DNA of 63,940 nucleotides, counting the filler, from Octopus bimaculoides (lineage: Eukaryota), in the NCBI RefSeq assembly GCF_001194135.2. It is 6 parts of 6 records of this genome, joined end to end, with 100 filler letters (N's around TTAATTAATTAA, not from the genome) between each part and the next. Parts side by side here need not be neighbours in the genome. Positions count along the whole stretch, not along the records: positions 45,974 to 58,409 come from NC_069003.1; positions 58,510 to 62,738 come from NC_068987.1; positions 62,839 to 63,940 come from NW_026340396.1; 3 more parts are not named here. The stretch is one strand, 5' to 3'. A program made the translations under genes and the position numbers. Positions within the stretch are counted from its first letter, which is position 1. Each line of letters starts with the position of its first letter. The notes under the pieces were generated by a model. It did no database searches, had not been told where the DNA came from, and worked only from the letters and a program-made list of their open reading frames with translations. Positions 53,385 to 63,940 of this stretch are shown in pieces.

Positions 53385-53893
53385 CAGTGAGACCTTTGGA
53401 GATATGCTGTGATTGAGAAGACCTGGCAAGTAAAGTGAGATCACAGCCGTGGCCGATGCCAGTGTTGCATAACCGGCCCATTTAAAAGTACCTTTGAAGT
53501 GTTGGGTTATATGATGTGCTTGAGAAGACCTGTTGAGTCAAATGAAATCGAAATTGCAGTCGTGGTCAGTGCCACCTGACTGGCACCTGTACTGGTGGCA
53601 TGTAATAGGCATCATTCGAGCATGGGTCAATGCCAGTGCCGCCTGACTGGCTCTCCATGCTGATGGCACATAAATGCACCATCCAAACGTGGTTGATGTC
53701 AGTGCCCCCTGACTGGTTCCCATGCCAGTGGCATGTAAAAATCACCCACTACACTCTTGGAGTGGTTGGTGTTAGGAAGGGCATCCAGCTATAGAAACCT
53801 TGCCAGATCAGATTGGAGCCTGGTGCAGCCTACTGGCTTGCCAGTCCTCAGTCAAACCGTCCAACCCATGCCAGCATAAAAAGCAGACGTTAA

Positions 53894-53940
<47 letters not shown>

Positions 53941-53941
53941 A
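53385..53941 (+). mobile_element. RTE 3' UTR copy (5'-truncated) ending in (GAT)16
   Basis: Colinear with the reverse complement of 2352-3060. It includes three ..cagtgccNcctgactgg units and the gagtggttgg.gttaggaagggcatccagct tail. Confidence 0.88.
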
Positions 53942-54519
53942 GACATACATACAGATGGATGGACAGATGGATAGATATAACATAGTTTAAAAAATTATGT
54001 ACAAAGATTCTATATTCAATCAGCCATGTCTGGTAGTACTTGTTAGATAAAAACCAATTTTCTACAATGTGATAATTATGCATGGAATTTACTCAGGCAC
54101 CAAAAAGTACTTAAAATTCCATATACACTTTACACATTGTTAATGTTTTATTTGTTATTTTTGTTTGTTTCTTTTTTTTTTTGGCTGCCAAGCAGAACCA
54201 AGGTCAGGAACATAGATAAATGTATATTTATAACACATTTATCTATCTTGAAGGGTTGTGTATTTTCATAGGCTTATCTCAGAAGGCTTTTATATACATT
54301 CACATGATGATAACAACATGCCTCCACCTGGGTTCACCGTTCGCTGCATTCACCTCTAACTCTATCCATCCAACTTTCTCTCTTTTCATACAATTGTAAA
54401 AGAGACCGATAGAATAAGCGCTAAGCTTAAAAAATAATAAGTTTTGGGGTTGATTCATTCAACTAAAAATTCTTCAAGGCAGTGCCCCAAAATGACTCCA
54501 GTCTAATAACTGAAACAAG

Positions 54520-54561
<42 letters not shown>

Positions 54562-54624
54562 CCACGCACACACACAAGAAAAGTCTGAACATTGATTTTA
54601 AGTCAGCATCTACACCCTAAAGGC

Positions 54625-54855
54625 TGCGAGCTGGCAGAAACGTTAGCACAGCAAGCGAAATGCTTAGCGGTATTTCTTCTGCCGTTACGTTCTGAGTTCA
54701 AATTCTGCCAAGGTCGACACTGCCTTTCATCCTTTCAGGGTTGATAAATTAAGTACCAGTTACGCACTGGGGTCGATCTCATCAACTTAATCCGTTTGTC
54801 TGTTCTTGTTTGTCCCCTCTGTGTTTAGCCCCTTGTGGGCAATAAAGAAATAAGA
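54625..54855 (+). mobile_element. SINE family B copy
   Basis: gcgagctggcagaaacgttagcac...gagttcaaattctgccaaggtcgac...gtgtttagccccttgtgggcaataaagaaataag. Confidence 0.9.
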
Positions 54856-55670
54856 AGCTACACCCTAAATCAGAGACCTTTTTTTTATCAAAAACTTCCC
54901 CATCCACCCTGTCCGATTCTCTGGACCAGTTCTCTGATGTTCATCTCCCTGTAAGTCAAGGATATGCCTCTGACATCTCTTCATCACCAACTTCCCTCCT
55001 TTTCCAACCGTGGCAGCTATGTATCTCCTCTACAACAAGATACCTCTTTCAGTTCCTTTGTCATATTTTAACTTCTCATCACCTGGTATAAAACCAAGTC
55101 CTTCAATACTACAAAGTCCCCAGTTGTGGAGTCCAGTCTTGCAAGTTACTTGTTGACTTCACTAGTGCTAGTGTCGTGTATAAGGCACCCAGTACACACT
55201 GCAAAATGGTTAGTGTTAGGAAGAGCATCCAGCACAGAAGACATGGCAAAGCAGATACTGGTGCTTGAGGTAGGCCTCTGGTTTGGTAAACCCTGTCAAA
55301 CCATCCACCCTATGCCAGTTTGGGTTGGATGATGATGGTGATCACACACACACACACACACACTTTGTACACACCTTTTTCTGTATCTAAATATTCTAGC
55401 ACAATAGAAACAATCATCTGTAATGTATGGTGTAATCACCAATTAAAGATATGATTTTCTCCATTCTTATTCTTGTTGTTTTATACTCTGAATTTCTTGA
55501 AATTCTTCTAAGTGATATTTGGATTAACTTGTCATGCATGAACAATTACCTTGGATTTTTATTCTACTTACATTTATTGGTATCTGATGGTTGAATATAG
55601 CTAATCAAATTCATTTAGCATAAGTGTGTTACAAATAGCTACATGGATTTATTAATACCTTTCACTTCTT

Positions 55671-55729
<59 letters not shown>

Positions 55730-56260
55730 GTAACTCAGTTGACCTTCATACTGGTACGAAGGAATAAACATCCCACTTTAGTCCATCCACTAATGTTGTA
55801 TCGCCTGAAGAAATGAATCGATGATGATAATCAACTGGATGCTCACAGTTATTACAGACTACACTGTAATCATTCCAGGAATATGGACTCTGATCTTAAA
55901 AGTTATGTGATTTCTGGAAATGTGCATAGCGATGCATTAAATGTTTATAAATTCCATCCTAGGATTATTGGTATTATCATTATAAGTATTATCATTATTA
56001 TTATTATTATTATTATTATACATCTGTGTGTGTGTATAAACACACACATGTAAATAAGGTTAAAATCCAAGGTGTGTCCTCTTGAAGCACACCTGCTTAT
56101 TCCAGTATTCCAAATCTGTATGTAGATGTGAAGTATGCATAAGAGTTGAAAAATACTGGGAAATATTTTCTGTAGATTCAAAATGTCAAAACAGGAGATT
56201 GGAAAATTTTTGGGAATATAACCAAAATCTTTTCCAATCTCCTCTTTTGATATATGTATG

Positions 56261-56296
<36 letters not shown>

Positions 56297-57303
56297 ACGT
56301 AAAAGGCATCTGTGCTGGTTGGTGACATGTAAAAAGACAACCAGTATGCTCTGTAGAATGGTTTGGCATTTCTTAAACCCATCAGTAGAAACGAAGTGAA
56401 AACAGACAACTGGAGCCTGGAGCAGCTCTCCAGCTCTGGTCAAACAGTCTAACTCATGCCAGCATGGAAAACGAACATTCAATGATGACAATCATGATTA
56501 TATATATATATATATATATNNNNNNNNNNNNNNNNNNNNNNNNNNNNNNNNNNNNNNNNNNNNNNNNNNNNNNNNNNNNNNNNNNNNNNNNNNNNNNNNN
56601 NNNNNNNNNNNNNNNNNNNNNNNNNNNNNNNNNNNNNNNNNNNNNNNNNNNNNNNNNNNNNNNNNNNNNNNNNNNNNNNNNNNNNNNNNNNNNNNNNNNN
56701 NNNNNNNNNNNNNNNNNNNNNNNNNNNNNNNNNNNNNNNNNNNNNNNNNNNNNNNNNNNNNNNNNNNNNNNNNNNNNNNNNNNNNNNNNNNNNNNNNNNN
56801 NNNNNNNNNNNNNNNNNNNNNNNNNNNNNNNNNNNNNNNNNNNNNNNNNNNNNNNNNNNNNNNNNNNNNNNNNNNNNNNNNNNNNNNNNNNNNNNNNNNN
56901 NNNNNNNNNNNNNNNNNNNNNNNNNNNNNNNNNNNNNNNNNNNNNNNNNNNNNNNNNNNNNNNNNNNNNNNNNNNNNNNNNNNNNNNNNNNNNNNNNNNN
57001 NNNNNNNNNNNNNNNNNNNNNNNNNNNNNNNNNNNNNNNNNNNNNNNNNNNNNNNNNNNNNNNNNNNNNNNNNNNNNNNNNNNNNNNNNNNNNNNNNNNN
57101 NNNNNNNNNNNNNNNNNNNNNNNNNNNNNNNNNNNNNNNNNNNNNNNNNNNNNNNNNNNNNNNNNNNNNNNNNNNNNNNNNNNNNNNNNNNNNNNNNNNN
57201 NNNNNNNNNNNNNNNNNNNNNNNNNNNNNNTATAGAAAACCTTTCTCAATAAATTCCGCCTGACACATGCAAACTTGCAAAAGTGGATATTAAAAGGGCG
57301 CTG

Positions 57304-57343
<40 letters not shown>

Positions 57344-57797
57344 GTGTGTGTGTATATCAAGCCCAAGTGTGTTTACCTGCATCACTTTCTCTGTTGGACT
57401 TAGTCTTTGTTAAAGACTTTGCAGTGTAAGCTCAAATCATTTCAGCACAGCTGTTTTCTATATTGAGCATCTTTGGATCATGTATGTGAGTTTGTGTATG
57501 CATGTGTGTGTGTATGTGCAGATTTGTATGCTTTGATTTCTGTATGTCTTCTCATGCATATACTTGCATATCTATATATGTATGTGTATGTATGTAGGTC
57601 TGTCTGTCTGTCTGTCTGTCTTTCTGCATGTATGTTTGTGTGTATGCATGTATGTATGGATGTATGTATATTTCCAATGTATTTGCTTTTAACTGTTCTA
57701 CCAATTCTGAAACAGAGGACATGATCAAGTGATATGTAATTAAATGACAAAAAAATTCTGCAATTAAATCAACCTCCTCAGTGTCATTGTCACTTAC

Positions 57798-57958
57798 CGA
57801 TATGACGACCCTCGACTCACAACACGGGTTTTATTCCGTGGCAGTTTTTTCACTGTGTGGCATCGAAAGAATGCATGGTGTTCTATACATTTCTTCCAGA
57901 ATCCTTTGCATTCATTCCGACTCTCAAAGAAGAATTCCACTATATCCTTGTAGTAACC
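57798..57958 (-). CDS. FARP: FARP/Cdep-family exon: end of FERM-C lobe and start of FERM-adjacent (FA) domain
   Basis: Translates GYYKDIVEFFFESRNECKGFWKKCIEHHAFFRCHTVKKLPRNKTRVVSRGSSY(R), matching the FARP1/FARP2 pattern FW K.C.EHH.FFR...SRGSS.R. Acceptor ctgtttgctcAG before 57958 (phase 0), donor GTAAGT after 57798 (phase 2). Length 161 nt = 53 codons + 2. Confidence 0.95.
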
Positions 57959-59665
57959 CTGAGCAAACAGAAAGAGAGAGAGAGAGAGATGAAGACAAAG
58001 GTGAATAAGAGACAATTAAGGTNNNNNNNNNNATAGTCGCTGCTATAATCTGTTTTCCAAGGTTCCTTCATTGGAATTTCAATGGCAACTGAATATTTTT
58101 GAATGTATGTATGTGTACGTGCAGATTTGTATGTTTTGATTTCTGTATGTCATCTCATGCATATATTTGCATATCTATATATGTATGTGTATGTATGTAG
58201 GTGCGTCTGTCTGTCTTTCTGTATGTATGTTTGTGTGTATGCTTGTACGTATGGAATTGTATTCCGAAATATCATCGGACTATGGATAACTAAATTACAA
58301 CAGGTATATAGTCCATTTTTTGTATTACAGTGCATCGTTGTACTATTCAAAACTTTTTTATTCTTTACAAACAATACACAATGCTTCAAGCGAACTACAA
58401 TACTCTCCTNNNNNNNNNNNNNNNNNNNNNNNNNNNNNNNNNNNNNNNNNNNNTTAATTAATTAANNNNNNNNNNNNNNNNNNNNNNNNNNNNNNNNNNN
58501 NNNNNNNNNTGGCGTGCTCACGATTCTGCCAGCTCGCCACTTTGTTCTAAGCTTATATGTTAAAAAGTCGAAAATAAATGAAGAGTGAAAGGGAGAGAGA
58601 GAGAGAGTTTGATGAAAGGTGGAGTAAATTTGAAAATAAGACTGTTAAACTCCATATTTAGGATAAAGTCAAAAGGCAAATAGATTAGTCTCGACTGCAA
58701 TTCAGTGAGAAGCTCTTTGCTGACGGGTAAAGTATCAAAGTTTTAGTCTGTTAAGGAAATCTAAATTTATGAAAGCCGAAACAGATTTGGAGAGGGCAAA
58801 ATTTAATTTAAATCAAAAATAAATTCTGAAATGCGAGATGTCGTAAAAAGTATCTATACACGTGTAGATTATTGAATTTAGAACCAGTAATGAAACAATT
58901 TAATGGATTAATTAAGATTATACATTTGTAAGCTAAACATAGTTTAGCTTTCAAAGGTATAGCCTGTAGAGATGTAAAATTGGGTTATATAATTATTAAT
59001 TAAATATGCTCTAAATAGAATGAAATATAGTTACGAGCGGGTATATTTAATATGTTCGTTTACATTCGGACATGGGGAGACATTACACTGCAAAAGTTCA
59101 ATCAGGATAAGAAATTCTCTTTATTCACAATATGGGTGTTAGCATACCACTGGGCCGTCAATGATGTCACTGAACCGTAGAACATATGCATTTCTGTGTC
59201 GTTACGCTCCAACAGCTACGTATAGCGGAGCGTCTTTCATGGCCAGTAAGAGCTGGTTGCTCTTATATTAGAATAAAAAATGGTACGTTTACTTATGTGC
59301 AAAAAGCTTTGTCAATCTGGAATAAATTTATTAGATGCACGTTAAGTAACAAATATAGTTATGTACAGTTACTTCTAGCATGTTCGCATGCATTCGGACA
59401 TGGATGACAATACGCTGCACGAGTTGTGCTGGTAGAAAGACATTCTCTTAAGGGAAGAAGATAAACGTACTCATTAAATCAAATGTTCAAAATCTGTCGA
59501 ATAGGAGAACAGAATACTTACTTGAGTATAGTGATTACAGAATGGAAATCTGAGTTATTGAAGAGCTCATACGAAAAGAGACATAACTAGGGTAAGCTAA
59601 TTCTGTACGAGAAAAAAGAAATAAGGAAAAATGAACAAGAGGGTAAGATATACACAATTCTAATT

Positions 59666-60054
59666 GTTGTTGGCACTCCGTCGCTTACGACGTCGAGGGT
59701 TCCAGTTGATTCCGATCAACGGAACAGCCTGCTCGTGAAATTAACGTGCAAGTGGCTGAGCACTCCACTGACACGTGTACCCTTAACGTAGTTCTCGGGG
59801 AGATTCAGCGTGACACAGTGTGACAAGGCTGACCCTTTGAATTACAGGCACAACAGAAACAGGAAGAAAGAGTGAGAAAAAAGTTGTGGCCGAAGAGTAC
59901 AGCAGGGTTCGCCACCATCCCCTACCGGAGCCTCGTGGAGCTTTAGGTGTTTTCGCTCAATAAACACTCACAACGCCCGGTCTGGGAATCGAAACCGCGA
60001 TCCTATGACTGCGAGTCCGCTTTCCTAACCACTGGGCCATTGCGCCTCCACTAG
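59666..60054 (-). mobile_element. Intact tRNA-derived SINE (family C, resembles octopus tRNA-Arg-related SINEs) with 10-bp target-site duplication
   Basis: The minus-strand head GGAGGCGCAATGGCCCAGTGGTTAGG...GGTTTCGATTCCC carries A and B boxes. aattctaatt is present at both 59656-59665 and 60055-60064. Confidence 0.92.
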
Positions 60055-61088
60055 AATTCTAATTATATACTTGTAAAATATGTGTAGAGGCGCAGACATT
60101 AAGAAGCTCGTTTTGCAACCAGCTGGTTTTGGTTTCAATCCCACTGTGCCGCACCTTGGGCAAGTGTTTCCTACAATAGCCTCGGGCTGCCCAATTTTAT
60201 GTGATTGACTTTGGTAGACAGAAACTGTGAAAAAATCTATCGTACATATGTATGTATGTGTGTATGTATGTGTGTATGTATGTATGTATATATGTATGTA
60301 CGTACGTATGTGTGTATGTGAGTGTGTGTATGTATGTATATATGTATGTATGTATGTGTATGTGTGTGTGTATGTATGTATGTATGTACATACGTACGCA
60401 TATGTGTGTATGTGTGTGTGAGCGTGCATCTGTGACAGTGTGTGTGTGATTGTGAGTGTGTGCGTGCGCGCAAGTGCATGTGAGTGTCTTTGTGTATGTG
60501 TCTTTGTGAGTGTATTTGCCCCATCATTCTCTTGACAATCAGCGTTGGTTTATTAATGCCTCGGTAACCTAGCGGTTCGACAGAAGGCAATGAGAAAATA
60601 AGTATCAGACTTTAAAAAACAGATACTGTGGTTGATTTGTCCGACTAACCCATTCAAGATTGTGCTCCAGCATGGCCACAGTTCACTGACTGAGACACAT
60701 GCAGTATATAAGATAATATGTCTAAAACAATTATTAATTTCAAGCGCAAGTTTTTAGCGATTTAACAATGCATAACCAGATGAATGGAAACGCATTTAAA
60801 ATTGTGGAAACGAGGTTAAGTGCAGATAATATATGTAACGGCCCCCTCTTCTTATCTGAAGATCATGAAGAGTGGTCCGCCCTCAAGTGGTTATGTAAAC
60901 CGATGCTTGGCGCTGCAGGGTTTTCTTCCTGCTCTCGGTTTATAGTTTTAAAATGAAAGTCAGCTCGCACAATCCAATCCCATTCTTTAGACTTAGAGGC
61001 ATGACCATTGTGGTTTTGGCGGCGAAGACGACTGCAGTGACATCAGCAAGCGGTGTAAGTTATATATCAGAATCGTCTTCTTCTACGT

Positions 61089-61446
61089 CAGTGGTTCTCA
61101 ATCGGGGTCCATATGACCCGAGGGAGTCCATGTAAGGTTTCGGTGGAGGCCCATGCAAGCAAAATAGTAAACTAGGGATTCACAATCGTATATTAAAGGT
61201 CCTTCAAAAATTTCGCTTGAGATATATGTATTGGTATGTATTGCAAGAAACGGCTAAGTTTCTTTCTCTAACATTTTACATAGTTCAACCTACATGAGTT
61301 AAAAGTTAATATGTGAAAAACAAAATAGGAATCTTGAAAGCAGTTTCTATAAAACTAGTTTTTAAGCATCAAATGCCTACGGGGGTCCACCAGAATTAAA
61401 TAGTAATCCATGGGGTTCTTAGATAAAAAATGCTTGACAACCTTTG
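61089..61446 (+). mobile_element. hAT-like MITE
   Basis: Left TIR CAGTGGTTCTCAA and degenerate right TIR ttgacaacctttg (10/13), with GGGGTCC subterminal motifs. Confidence 0.7.
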
Positions 61447-61566
61447 CTTTAGTTGTATGTATTACAAGAAACAGCCATATATATAATTTCCAAAAGACTG
61501 AAATTGTTTTATTCGGCATTGTTTAAATAGTTTCCAGGAGGCAGTAAATACTATGGAATAAACATA

Positions 61567-61973
61567 CAGGAGTGGCTGTGTGCTAACCACATGGTTCCGG
61601 GTTCAGTCCTTCTGCGTGGCACCTTGGGCAAGTGTCTTCTACTATAGCCACGGGCTGACCAAAGCCTTGTGAGTGGATTTGGTAGACGAAAACTAAAAGA
61701 AGACCGTCGTATATATATGTATGTATATATGTTTATATGTATGTGTGTGTATATGTTTGTGTGTCTGTGTTCTCCCCCTCCCAACATCACTTGACAACCG
61801 ATGGTGGTGTGTTTACGTCCCTGTAACTTAGCGGTTCGGCAAAAAAGACCGTTAGAATAAGTACTAGGCTTACAAAAATAAGTCCTGGGGTCGATTTACT
61901 TGACTAAAAAGGCAGTGCTCCAGCATGGCCGCAGTCAAATGACTGAAACAAGTAAAGGAGTAAAAGAGTAAAG
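61567..61973 (+). mobile_element. Full-length SINE family A copy
   Basis: caggagtggctgtgtg...ggttccgggttcagtcc...ccttgggcaagtgtc...gactgaaacaagtaaaggagtaaaagagtaaag. Confidence 0.88.
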
Positions 61974-62519
61974 ATAACACACACGCACACACACGCGCGT
62001 GTGTGTGTGTATGTGCGTGTAGAAATAGCGTGTAGGTGAAGTGATATACACGATGGTGCATAAGACAAAATATAAAAGCTTGTGTGTATGTGTGTGTGCG
62101 TGTGTGGGTGTGTGGATGGGTATGTGTGAGTGTGTTTGGGTGTGTGCGCGTGTGTGTGTGTATGTATATGTGTGCGTGTGTATACAATAAAAGCTCTCGG
62201 TTTCAGCTGTTAGCGACACACTGGCTCTTTCTTCATTGACTTTTACTCACAAGTGGACACTGGTCATCCTGCTTAGTAAACATGTCCGCCACAAATTATT
62301 TACCATCCAAGTTTGACACCCAACTGGTCAAAGGTCAAACAAGCCTGGCAACGATTTCAATTGAATTCTAAATCTTCAAATATTCCATGGTCTGCTCTCT
62401 TTCTCTTCCTCTTTCCGTTTTTTCTTTTATTATATTTTGCTTTCATGGTCAATCTGTTTGGCCATCGCCTCTCTCTGGAGGTCATTCGTTTATAATACAT
62501 GCATACATACATACATACA

Positions 62520-62551
<32 letters not shown>

Positions 62552-62574
62552 CCCACACATACATACATATAAGT

Positions 62575-62737
62575 GCAGGCGTGGCTGCGTGGTAAGAAGG
62601 TTGCTTCTCAACTACATGGTTCTGGGTTCAGTCCCATTGCGTGGCACCTTGGGCAAGTGTCTTCTACTATAGCCACAGGTCGACAAAAGCCTTGTCAGTA
62701 AATCTGGTAGACGAGAACTGAAAGAAGCCCGTCGTAT
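62575..62737 (+). mobile_element. SINE family A 5' half
   Basis: gcaggcgtggctgcgtggtaagaagg...ggttcagtcccattgcgtggcaccttgggcaagtgtc. Confidence 0.85.
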
Positions 62738-62838
62738 ANNNNNNNNNNNNNNNNNNNNNNNNNNNNNNNNNNNNNNNNNNNNTTAATTAATTAANNNNNN
62801 NNNNNNNNNNNNNNNNNNNNNNNNNNNNNNNNNNNNNN

Positions 62839-62878
<40 letters not shown>

Positions 62879-63086
62879 GTATATAATAGATGCGTGTATA
62901 TTTGTGTATGTATATATACTACACTCACACATACCCGTAAATACATATTTTGTGTTTGTGTGTGTGTTAGAAGATGAGAGAAAGAGGGTGAGCGAAGAAG
63001 AAGGGAAGATGATTTCACCTGGCATGATGCCAGCCACCACTAATTGACCAAAACCATTTCCTCTGTGATGAAGGAACGGCCTCGAT

Positions 63087-63094
63087 TGACGTCA
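63087..63094. promoter_or_regulatory. Palindromic CRE (TGACGTCA) in a CpG-containing, purine-rich unique segment
   Basis: Exact motif; function not demonstrable from sequence. Confidence 0.3.
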
Positions 63095-63597
63095 GCAGAG
63101 GCTGAGCGAGAATATCAGTGATGCTGCTGGTGATGGAGGAAGAGGAGGAGGTGAGGGGGAGAGAAAAAGAAAAAAAATCCGCACGAAACGATGAAGAGAG
63201 TTACTCAGCTGTTTTGAGGGGAGGGGGAGGGATGAGGGGCTCATTAAAAACAAACAAATAAACAAATGGAGAAATGAAAGGAAGGAAGGAAGAAAAAAAC
63301 GGTTGCGTAGGTTATAAGTGATGCTACAGCATGGCCATGACCTTTTATATGTGTGTGTGTGTGTGATAGGTTAAATGGATTGTGGAGCTTAACGGGAATT
63401 GTGGGATTGGAGTGACGTACGCCCTTAAGAAAAGAGGCGAATGGTGGTATCTCGCGATGTGTGTTTATAAAGATAAAAAGCCATAGATATGTAGGTCTAT
63501 TTAGATTTATAGATTTGGCTATTAGTAGCTTAGAAAGGGCTCGACCGATAGAAGTACAAGACTAAATATGGACTGGGATCAATTTGATCGGCGTAAC

Positions 63598-63940
63598 AAA
63601 TGGTTTTCAACCATTTTTTTAAACTATAGACCCCTTGCTTTACAATTGTATTCTGGTGGATTCCTTATAATCATTCGATGGTTGAAAACTAGTTTTGTAG
63701 ATACTTTTTTCAAAATTACTATTTTGTTTATCACACAGTTATTTGTGTAGGTTGAACTATACAAAATGTTAGAGTAAGAAACCTTGCTGTTTCTTCTAAT
63801 AAATACATCTGGAGCAAAATATGTCCTTCATTTATTGAGAGAATATTCACTTTGAGAGAAGGGAGATAATCTTGAGAATCAATAATTCTCCAGAATTGAC
63901 ATGCCATTTAAAAACGAGATTGTCTTTTTTTTTTTTTTTT
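63598..63940 (-). mobile_element. Inverted copy of the hAT-like MITE at 61089-61446
   Basis: The reverse complement of 63680-63790 matches 61240-61375 (ctctaacatttt..atagttcaacctaca...aaaactagtttt). Confidence 0.65.

Noticed and set aside
53525-53560. CTGTTGAG...CGAAA hammerhead-like string in the RTE 3' UTR
   Set aside because: No proper stem II or III, and not conserved in the homologous copies at 2730-2910.
59990-60051. tRNA-like sequence
   Set aside because: It is the head of a SINE contiguous with body and TSD, not a tRNA gene. The same applies to the other SINE heads.
62357-62611. Basic ORF KRMTSRERRWPNRLTMKAKYNKRKNGKRK
   Set aside because: Built from a SINE, a (TATG)n tract and a purine-rich tract; no homology to the FERM-C exon expected upstream.

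Overview
AT-rich, microsatellite- and transposon-saturated animal genomic DNA from a gapped draft assembly. It is most likely an octopod cephalopod, inferred from the SINE families and repeat style. The only host gene I can support is a FARP/Cdep-family gene (FERM-FA-RhoGEF-PH) on the minus strand. Two exons are visible: 57798-57958 (end of FERM-C plus start of FA) and 51027-51101 (rest of FA), with canonical AG/GT sites and matching phases. The rest appears intronic. It holds decayed RTE LINEs, RLE-type (R4/Dong/NeSL-like) and L1/Tx1-like LINE fragments, Penelope-like elements, mariner/Tc1/maT transposons, hAT-like MITEs, at least three tRNA-derived SINE families and many simple repeats. The most unusual signals are: (1) a ~400-nt hammerhead-bearing unit present as a circularly permuted, terminally redundant copy next to an inverted copy (retrozyme/Penelope-pLTR-like); (2) minimal hammerheads in Penelope 3' ends; (3) an isolated 99-nt near-perfect hairpin; (4) a TIR element with telomere-like internal repeats; (5) inverted SINEs bracketing a frame-preserving FARP exon; (6) a candidate alternative first exon. 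I see no wholly new multi-gene system. Most ORF-track entries are microsatellite, gap or transposon artefacts.
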